NCBI GenBank assembly: GCA_040880105.1 | Contig: JBBDJA010000023.1 | Coordinates: 1 to 19,047 of the forward strand | Reading direction: 5' to 3' | Length of the DNA: 19,047 nt | Source: Waddliaceae bacterium | GTDB taxonomy: Bacteria; Chlamydiota; Chlamydiia; Chlamydiales; SLOH01 | The notes under the pieces: generated by a model | Told to the model about the DNA's origin: nothing | Database searches by the model: none | Seen by the model: the letters and a program-made list of their open reading frames with translations, nothing else | Program-made: the position numbers and the translations under genes | Shown here: one piece after another, positions 6,543 through 14,700 of the stretch | Numbering within the stretch: position 1 is the stretch's first letter | How the letters are laid out: each line of letters opens with the position of its first letter

Positions 6543-9362
6543 TTAGTCCGAGACCTCGACTCTCTGTTTTCTTGCCAGATCAAAGTAATATTCAGCTTGA
6601 TCTTCGTCATCCAGACAGTGCAGATAGAGCGCAAGTTGTAAATAGAGCAGCCGTTTTTCCCATAGAAACGCTCTACTTTCCCACTGCTCTCGTTCATGGT
6701 GGGTGTGATTGAGGTAGTGGCTCAGCAAGGAGTAGGTGCGTGGGAATACAACGTTGAGAACACCTGAAAAGTGGATTTCGGAGATCTCTTGACCCTCTGT
6801 TGCGGCAAGCCATGCCCCGTAGAGAAAGTGAAGGTAACTGTGGTCTTGGGCGACATAATCTATGGAATAGTGTTCGAGCAGCTCTCCTGCATTCGTTAAA
6901 TCTCTATCGATCAGATAGGAGAAAATAAGAAATGAGTGGCAAAGCTCAAGTGTATGTGCATTGAGATTGTCAAGGAGCATATGCTCTGCAAGTTCATACA
7001 CAATATTTGTCTGCTTCATCATGATCGCACATTCCATTAAGTGGAACATGGTGCAGATTTCAAAAGGTGAGAGTGCGTCTCGTTTTCTTCCAAGAATTGC
7101 GCATCTTCCGTCCGCAAGTGTTTGTCTGTGGGCGAGTATGGCCGGTTTAAGAGCTTCTATGGAGTCTCCTTCAAGAGATATGACTTTTTTTTCCGCTAAA
7201 TTCCATCCTCCAAGTTCGATCAAACAAAAAAGTGCGTGGCTGATAAGGTGAATGGGCGGGTTTGGCAGGCTTTGCAGGTGATCGACAATTTCGCTGAGGA
7301 TGTGTGATTTGGAGAGCCAAAAGGCAAGGGTGATTGCAAATTTGTCGTTCTCCTCTCCTTCTACAGAAAAGAGAAAGGGGAGCGGTTCCCAATTTTTCTT
7401 GAGCTTATTCGTTAATTTTTTTGTTGGAGGAGAGCCCATACTTTCGGGCAAATGCTGGGCGACTAGCATGGCCAATCGATAGGTGGCTCTTCTGTGCGAG
7501 CGCGCGCTTTCGTGCAGACGGGAGATGATCTGTTCTTTGATGTGGGGAAGCAGCGGGTGGTTTTTAAATCTTCTTAAGGCAAGTTCAAAGCACTTTGCCT
7601 CTTCGAGATCCTCTTTTGTCGCTTGGTAGACTAAAGACTTTCCAAGATACTCAAGAGGGGCGCCTGGTGTGCGGTGCAGCTTTTCAAATTCGGTTAATGC
7701 AAGGTCGAACATCTCGGGGTTTTTGCTGTTTTTCGCTTGATCAAGCAGTGTAATCCCGGCTCGAAACATTGCCTCTCGTCCCTCTGTACGGCCGGGAAAC
7801 GAGTAGCCTATCCTTCTATATTCGATGAGGGCGCTATCGTACTGTTTGTGGGCAAGGAAACTGTCTGGAACCGACAAGCAGTTGATTGTGATATTTGGAC
7901 TACTGACGGAGACGACAAGGTCTTTGATTTCAAAATCGATATCGCGTGAAAACAGGCCGACATGCGTGCCGGCAAGCGGCATAAACGCCACATGGGAGAG
8001 TTGCAATGTGTTGTTGATATAGACTTGAAAGTGGGTATTTGTTTTTTCGATTCGAATGTCTTGCCATTCACCCCTTTTTAAAACGGTCTCAGGAGCTGAT
8101 CCAACCTCAGCAGATGAGCGCAAGAGCTTTGTGGTGGGGTTTAAGTCAGATCCGATCCAGACGCAGTAGCCGTCTGTTAGATGCATGCGTTCTGCAGCTT
8201 CGGGGACAGAGAGTAAAAACCCCATCCCTTGACCTGTTTCACCGATTTTAACTTTGGCCTCAAGCTTGGTGTTCCCTGTAAACGAGGTTTTTGAGATCAT
8301 CAAGATCACCCAATCGGACTCTTCTGTGTTTCTTGTGATCGCGACATGTTCTGCTATTAAGATGTTTTCCTGAAATTCCCAATCCTCTTTTGCCTCTATA
8401 TCAAGCTCTTTTATCGGATACCATTCCGACCTGCCTTCGATATACCCTTCGAGCTCGTGGATCATTTCATCAACAGTTTCGTATCTGTGGCTCGGGTCTT
8501 TATCCAGGCATCTTAGCGCCATTTGGCTTAAGATTCTCGGGATTTCACGATAGGGAGCAACTTCAAAAGGATCCGGAATCTCTTCTTTATCGATCCTCTC
8601 TCGAAACTCTTTAAGAGAGGGGCGATGGAAGGGAAATCTTAGGGTTAATATTTGATATAGGATAACGCCGAGGGAGTACACATCTGTTTGAATGGAGGCG
8701 GGCTTTTTTCTTGCTCGTTCAGGCGCCATATAGCTGATCGTACCCACAACTTTTCCCATTCGGGTTTGATCCGTTTCAATCTCGGGTAAGTTGTCATTTT
8801 CATGATTTTTGATAAGCTTTGCAAGCCCCCAGTCGAGAATTAGCACCTCGCCATACTTACCTAGAATAATATTTTCCGGTTTGATGTCTCGATGGAGCAC
8901 CCCTTTGGAGTGGGCATAGGCAATTGCTTGGGCAACAGATAAGAAAATGCGGATCAAAGAGGAAATTGAACCGCGCCCTTCGGCAGTCGTAATCCCAAGT
9001 TTTTCCTCTTTGCGTGTCTCTCTTAAAATTTCTTTGAGCGTCTCTCCTTGCATGTGGGGCATCGTATAGTAGATGTTGCCCTCGTCGTCATGAATCGTAT
9101 AGATTGGGATAATCGATGGGTGGGTGAGCTGCGCGGTAATTTTGGCTTCTTTCAAAAATCGGTTTTGAATATGCGGATGTTCCACAAGGTCGCCGCGGAT
9201 CTTTTTCAGCGCGATCCGTCTGCCCACGCGCGTGTCGTAGGCAAGCAGAACTTCTCCCATCCCGCCTTTACCGATCAATTTTAAGATTTGGTAATGCCCG
9301 ATCGTTTCTAAAATCTGATCATCATCGGTAGGAGAGTGTCCTTGTATAAAGGATGAGGTCAT
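6543..9362 (-). CDS. pknD: Hanks-type Ser/Thr protein kinase PknD (kinase + beta-sandwich + TPR-like helical region)
   Basis: 939 aa. GKGGMGEV, IALKK, HRDIKPEN, DWG, GTISYMAPE, DVYSLG. Length and C-terminal SFPGRTEGREAMFRAG / GAPLEYLGK match chlamydial PknD. ATG overlaps the upstream stop (ATGA, 9359-9362). Confidence 0.92.
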   Translation of the reverse strand: MTSSFIQGHSPTDDDQILETIGHYQILKLIGKGGMGEVLLAYDTRVGRRIALKKIRGDLVEHPHIQNRFLKEAKITAQLTHPSIIPIYTIHDDEGNIYYTMPHMQGETLKEILRETRKEEKLGITTAEGRGSISSLIRIFLSVAQAIAYAHSKGVLHRDIKPENIILGKYGEVLILDWGLAKLIKNHENDNLPEIETDQTRMGKVVGTISYMAPERARKKPASIQTDVYSLGVILYQILTLRFPFHRPSLKEFRERIDKEEIPDPFEVAPYREIPRILSQMALRCLDKDPSHRYETVDEMIHELEGYIEGRSEWYPIKELDIEAKEDWEFQENILIAEHVAITRNTEESDWVILMISKTSFTGNTKLEAKVKIGETGQGMGFLLSVPEAAERMHLTDGYCVWIGSDLNPTTKLLRSSAEVGSAPETVLKRGEWQDIRIEKTNTHFQVYINNTLQLSHVAFMPLAGTHVGLFSRDIDFEIKDLVVSVSSPNITINCLSVPDSFLAHKQYDSALIEYRRIGYSFPGRTEGREAMFRAGITLLDQAKNSKNPEMFDLALTEFEKLHRTPGAPLEYLGKSLVYQATKEDLEEAKCFELALRRFKNHPLLPHIKEQIISRLHESARSHRRATYRLAMLVAQHLPESMGSPPTKKLTNKLKKNWEPLPFLFSVEGEENDKFAITLAFWLSKSHILSEIVDHLQSLPNPPIHLISHALFCLIELGGWNLAEKKVISLEGDSIEALKPAILAHRQTLADGRCAILGRKRDALSPFEICTMFHLMECAIMMKQTNIVYELAEHMLLDNLNAHTLELCHSFLIFSYLIDRDLTNAGELLEHYSIDYVAQDHSYLHFLYGAWLAATEGQEISEIHFSGVLNVVFPRTYSLLSHYLNHTHHEREQWESRAFLWEKRLLYLQLALYLHCLDDEDQAEYYFDLARKQRVEVSD

Positions 9363-9730
9363 TGCATTTCCTTAAATAGGTTTAATGCTTCTTGTGAGGC
9401 GTTTTGTACATAGACGGGGTGTCCTAAAGTTTCATCAAAATAGATGCCATTTGGGCTTTTATAAGACGCTGCCATCTGATGAAACAAGGCGTTAATGCCG
9501 TGCTCATCTCTTTCGGGGAGCGTATAGAGAAAGCCGCAGTTCAGCGTGCGGAAGTGATTAAACTTCCATTTCCTGCGTGCGAGAGTAATTGCACTGCCTA
9601 TCGTATCTGCAACTATATCTGTTTGGGTGTCGCCGTTAAACCATGCGTACTTTTCATCCACCTCTCTTAGAAAAAGATAGAGAGGTGGACCTTTATTCCC
9701 GATTATTCGACCTGCGTGAATGATTGTCAC
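9359..9730 (-). CDS. Hypothetical soluble protein, translationally coupled to pknD
   Basis: 123 aa, GTG start overlapping the upstream TGA (GTGA, 9727-9730), stop overlapping pknD ATG. Globular composition, with a distinctive LNCGFLYTLPERDEHGINALFHQM segment. Confidence 0.8.
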   Translation of the reverse strand: MTIIHAGRIIGNKGPPLYLFLREVDEKYAWFNGDTQTDIVADTIGSAITLARRKWKFNHFRTLNCGFLYTLPERDEHGINALFHQMAASYKSPNGIYFDETLGHPVYVQNASQEALNLFKEMQ

Positions 9731-10044
9731 GTCTCCTTATCTCCCCAAAAATAGTATTCTCGAATAATCATATAAACGCCGCCGATTGCAAAAATTGCCG
9801 GCATCAGCATCGACCAGTTGAGCTGGAAGAAGCTTGCAACAAATATACCGCCAAGGATAAAGCTTGTAATCAGTCCGTCCCAATACCTCTCCATTAGGTA
9901 CTGTTTTGTGCCTAATGCTGCCCAAATGGCAAGTAGAATCCCCGGCCACCACCATCCTGTAAAAAACAGCACGGCGAGTGCAAGGAGAAAGACTCCGTTG
10001 GAGACAGCGGTTGCTTTTCTATATGAGACTGGTCTTTCAGTCAT
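9727..10044 (-). CDS. Small integral membrane protein (~4 TM), possibly LiaI/LiaF-TM-like
   Basis: 105 aa, GAGG SD upstream. Two helical-hairpin units, GVFLLALAVLFFTGWWWPGILLAIW and FILGGIFVASFFQLNWSMLMPAIFAIGGVYMII, each with a W..P turn. The family assignment is inference. Confidence 0.75.
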   Translation of the reverse strand: MTERPVSYRKATAVSNGVFLLALAVLFFTGWWWPGILLAIWAALGTKQYLMERYWDGLITSFILGGIFVASFFQLNWSMLMPAIFAIGGVYMIIREYYFWGDKET

Positions 10045-10121
10045 TTTGACCTCTTTTGTTAATAGGATAATCTGGAACTAAAAAGAAATCTATGATTTTC
10101 CGTTAGTAATCAGACAATCCT

Positions 10122-11093
10122 TCATTTAAGATTTTTTTTCCATTCTTCCGGAAGGTATGTTTCTCCCTCAATCGCTTCAATGCGTTTTTTTAGCGGAGGG
10201 TGTGTGGCAAATAGCGCGTGGGAAAACCCGCGGTTATCAAAGTACAGGTGCGAGTAGATGGCAGCAGACCTTGGCATATCGGAGACTTGCTTCTGCTCGA
10301 TTTTACGAAGCGCATTTGCGATCCCGGTATTACTTCTTGTAAACTGTACAGCGCATGCATCGGCCAAGTATTCACGCTGGCGGCTGACCATCGCGCGCAG
10401 AATAGACCCGAAAAACGCCATGATGGATCCGGCAATAATAAAAATAAAAGCTGCAACTAGGATAACAGTTCCACCTCCTTTTTGATTCGATCGTGAGCGG
10501 GAGGTGAAAAATGAAATACGGTAGCCCCAAGTGAGAAGAAAAAAAAGTCCCATAAGAAGCGCTGAGAGCCTAAGGCTGATTTTCATGTCTTCGTTATAGA
10601 TATGGCCAAACTCATGGGCGACGACCCCTTGGAGTTCTTCGCGGTTAAGAAGTTCAAGAGCGCCGCGAGTGACGGCGACTGCCGCTTTTTCTTTCTGAAG
10701 TCCAGCTGCAAAGGCGTTGATCTCACGCCGGTCGATCACATAGACCTCCGGCATTGGCATTCCCGATGCCACAGCCATTTCCTGCGTAATATTGTAGAGG
10801 CGGTTTTCCAGAAAGTCGCGGCTATTTTGATCGATTTGACGCCCTCCGACCTGTCTTGCGACATACCCACCTCCTTGCTTTTTAAAAATGAGATACTGAA
10901 AAAGGGCAACGAAGAGAATGACAAGAGCCATTCCTATGCCAAAGAGAGGGAAAGGGGGGTTATATTCTCTTGGAGCATAAAGGCGTAGTGCCATCTCTGC
11001 AAGGGAGGTAACTGCAAAAACCATCAGGAGAAAAAGGAATATATACGTCTTTGTGCGTCCCTTCGCTTTCTCTTGCGCCTGCCAAAAATTCAT
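10122..11093 (-). CDS. htpX: M48 family membrane Zn metalloprotease (HtpX-like)
   Basis: 323 aa with 4 TM segments. INAFAAG, AVAVTRG, EELQGVVAHEFGH (HExxH), SRQREYLAD, LFATHPPL. Directly downstream of lemA (4-nt gap), a common pairing. Confidence 0.9.
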   Translation of the reverse strand: MNFWQAQEKAKGRTKTYIFLFLLMVFAVTSLAEMALRLYAPREYNPPFPLFGIGMALVILFVALFQYLIFKKQGGGYVARQVGGRQIDQNSRDFLENRLYNITQEMAVASGMPMPEVYVIDRREINAFAAGLQKEKAAVAVTRGALELLNREELQGVVAHEFGHIYNEDMKISLRLSALLMGLFFLLTWGYRISFFTSRSRSNQKGGGTVILVAAFIFIIAGSIMAFFGSILRAMVSRQREYLADACAVQFTRSNTGIANALRKIEQKQVSDMPRSAAIYSHLYFDNRGFSHALFATHPPLKKRIEAIEGETYLPEEWKKNLK

Positions 11094-11097
11094 ATCC

Positions 11098-11700
11098 CTA
11101 CCTTGTGCTTAAGCTGACTTTTGGAGCTTCTCTCATACGCTCATCAGTAATTTCAAACATCTCTGCCGGCGAGTGTCCGAAGGGAGATGCGACAAGGTTG
11201 TTGGGGAATACTTCTTGGGCGTTATTATATCCAAGCACGATATCATTATACGATTGCCGCGAAAAGGCCACTTTGTTTTCTGTTGTGGAGATCTCTTCTT
11301 GCAGCATCTTGACATTTTCGCTTGCTTTCAGGTCTGGGTAACTCTCGGCGACCGCAAAAAGCTTGGGAAGGGCGGCTTGCAGCATGGACTCTGCCGAAAG
11401 CAGCTCTTGGATAGAGGCACTTGTCGGACCGCCTGCCTTGTCTACCTTTTGCAGCGCTTGATGTGCCATGTTTCTTGCGTTGACAACGTCTGTCAGAGTG
11501 CTCTTTTCATGATCAATATAACCTTTGACAGCTTCCACAAGATTGGGGATTAGGTCATAGCGTCTTTGTAGTTGCACATCGATCTGGGCCCATGCGTTGC
11601 GCACGCGGTTGCGAAGGCGAACGAGGTGGTTATAGATTCCAATTAACCAAAAAGCTAATAAAGCGAAAATAATAACAACTGCGGATATGATAATAGTCAT
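11098..11700 (-). CDS. lemA: LemA family membrane protein
   Basis: 200 aa. Single N-terminal TM, then YNHLVRLRNRVRNAWAQIDVQLQRRYDLIPNLV, AESYPDLKAS, ENKVAFSRQSYN, FPNNLVA. SD AGGGAG at 11707-11712. Confidence 0.95.
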   Translation of the reverse strand: MTIIISAVVIIFALLAFWLIGIYNHLVRLRNRVRNAWAQIDVQLQRRYDLIPNLVEAVKGYIDHEKSTLTDVVNARNMAHQALQKVDKAGGPTSASIQELLSAESMLQAALPKLFAVAESYPDLKASENVKMLQEEISTTENKVAFSRQSYNDIVLGYNNAQEVFPNNLVASPFGHSPAEMFEITDERMREAPKVSLSTR

Positions 11701-11747
11701 AAACGTCTCCCTTATTTATTTTCATATTATTATTTTTTGGGATTATG

Positions 11748-11756
11748 TGTGGATAA
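11748..11756 (-). promoter_or_regulatory. Perfect consensus DnaA box (TTATCCACA) in the uvrA-lemA gap
   Basis: Plus strand reads TGTGGATAA at 11748-11756. Single copy; function not shown. Confidence 0.35.
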
Positions 11757-11764
11757 AATGATAA

Positions 11765-14700
11765 CTAACTTGTTTTTAGTTGTTTGAGTAAAAACTTTCC
11801 TGTTTTGGATCCGGTGCATTTGGCAACTTCTTCCGGTGTTCCGGATGCAATCACTTTTCCGCCGAGTGCGCCGGGTCCGGGTCCGAGATCAAGGATATAG
11901 TCGGCTTGTTTGATGAGGTCGAGGTTGTGCTCGATAATCACCATTGTATTTCCCTTATCGACAAGGGTTTTGATCACATGAAGAAGTTTTGCGATATCTT
12001 CGCTATGAAGCCCTGTTGTGGGTTCATCGAGAAGATAGAGGGTCTTACCGCTTGATCGCTTGGAAAGTTCTCTTGAGAGTTTTAAACGCTGCGCTTCGCC
12101 GCCGGAAAGCGTGGGTAGTTCTTGGTTTAACTTTAAGTAGCCAAGTCCGACTTCGTTTAAGGTTTTTAGGATTTTAACAATGCGCGGGTGATCCGTAAAG
12201 GTCACGATCGCCTCAAGTACAGTTTGATCTAAATGCTGACCCAAATGTTTGCCCTTATATCTTATCTCTAAGCTTAAAGGGTTAAGACTATAACCCTTGC
12301 ATTCTTTGCAAGGAATTTTGATCGGAGGGAGAAACTGCATCTCCACACGGCGGTAGCCGATGCCATAGCAGCTTGTACATCTTCCTTTTGCGCGATTGGA
12401 AGAGAAGTGCTCGGGAGTGAGTCCCCTAAGTTTTGCGTCGGGTAGCTGCGCAAAAAATTGACGAATGGGGGTTAATACATCGACATATGTGGAGACATCG
12501 GATCTAATGGTATGGCCGACAGGATTTTGGTCGATCAGATACATTTTTTCAAAATGCTCAATTCCAGATATGTTCCCGATCCCCTTGAGTTCGATGCGAT
12601 CTTTTCGATTGAGCCCTTGTTTAACAGCCGGGTAGATAACCTCGTGCATCAGGGTAGATTTTCCGGATCCTGAGACGCCTGTTAAACAGGTGAGGCAGCC
12701 GATTGGAATTTCGACATTAATTTTTTTTAAGTTATAGAGCTCAGCATTTTCAATCTTAAGTTTCGGTTGATCAAGGCTTCTTCTTTTCAATGGGAGCGGA
12801 ATCTGTTTGGCACCGGAAAGGTAAAGTCCTGTCAGGGAGTTTTTATCTTTAAGAATCTCTTGTGGGGTTCCTTTTGCGGTGAGATATCCTCCTTGTTCAC
12901 CGCCCTCGGGACCAAAGTCCAAGATGAGGTCTGCTATTTGAATGGTGGAAGGTTCATGTTCCACAACGACAAGAGTGTTACCAAGCTCTTTAAGATTGAT
13001 AAGCGCGCGGTTTAAAAGTTCGTTATCCGCTGGGTGGAGTCCGATACTCGGTTCATCAAGAACGTAGATAAGACCTGTGAGTCCGGAGCCCATTTGACGG
13101 GCAAGTCGGATGCGCTGCGCCTCGCCGCCGGAAAGCGTTGGCGCTTTGCGGTCGAGGCTTAGATAGCCAAGCCCGACATCGCAAAGAAACTTCAAACGGT
13201 GGATCAACTGTTCCCACACTTCTTCAAGAACGTGGCTCGACTTCACTTCCTTTCTTAGGTTTTGGATCCATAGCGCCGCTTTTTCAATCGGAAAGTGACA
13301 GAGGTCGGGTAGTGTCAAATCACTCAAAGTGACATGTCTTGCAAGAGGGTTTAGTCTCGATCCCTTACAACTGACACAATCTGTTTCATGTAGATAGGGC
13401 AAAACCCAGTTGCGGTATTTTTGTCTAGCTGCTTTCGCCACTTTAGAAAGCAGATTGTTTAGCCCGATCCAGTGAAACTGTAGGCCGCTCTTCATGGAAT
13501 AGAGGGCGCTTGATCCATTCATTAGAAGGTTGAGTTGTTGGCCTGACAGCGTCTCGATTTTCTTTTGAGGATCGATCCCCAACTGCTCAAAAATCTCTCT
13601 CGGAAATGGATGTGCGGAGAAAAAATGGAAAAGATCTTTAACACGCGTGGCAAGCAGCTCAGGGAATTGCAACAGATTAGCGCCGTAGACATACCCAAGG
13701 CCTTGGCAGTCAAGGCACATTCCGGCCTTATGGTTAAATGAAAAAGTGTGCGGAGTGAGTGGCGGGTACGCTTTTCCTGTACTGGGGGCGGCAAACGCAA
13801 GATTGAACCATCGGTCCTTTGCCTCTTCGATCACAACCAGTTGATCCTTTCCAATCTTAAGAGCGGTCTCGACAGCTTCAAAGATGCGGTGCGCGTTTTC
13901 TTTCGAAACGATGAGCCGGTCGACAATGAGAAGGAGTTCATTTTGTCTTTTCGGATCGAAGCCATTGAGCAGCTCTTCTTGGTCGATATCGAATGTCTCA
14001 CCATTGAGTCGAAGTCGAACGTACCCAAGCTGACGCAGACGGCTGATTTTCTCCTTAAAGGTCTGTCCGTGGCGAATTTCGATTGGAGCTGCGACTTGAA
14101 TTTTTGTCCTCTCGGGGTACTTTAAAATTCGATTGATCACAGTCTCTTTGGTGATCGATTCAATAACCTCGCCGGTGTCAGGGGCGTGGGCAACGCCCTC
14201 TCTTGAGTACAAGATTCTCAAATAGTCGTAAATCTCGGTTTGCGTTCCAACTGTACTTCTCGGGTTACCGGCGTGCGCCTTCTGTTCTATGGCAACAGCG
14301 GGTGAGAGTCCATGAATTTGCTCTACTTTCGGTTTAGGCATCTGCTTGACAAACTGTCTTGCGTAAGGGGAGAGCGACTCGATGTAGCGTCTTTGACCCT
14401 CGGCGTATAGCGTATCAAAAGCAAGAGAGGATTTGCCTGACCCTGAGGGTCCTGTGCAAACTGTCATCTTTTCTCTTGGGATTGTTAGATCCAGATGTTT
14501 TAAGTTATTTTGCGAGGCTCCTTTGACAGAAATTTCTGTAATCTGCTTTTCGGTACGCTTTTGTGTGGGGATTTCCTTGGCAGTCAACGGTTTTGCAAAT
14601 AGCGCCTCTTTCACGGCAACACCCGTCGGCGTTTGCATTTGAGAAATTTTTTCAGGTGTCCCTTCGGCAACAAGTTCTCCACCGCCCGCCCCTCCTTCAG

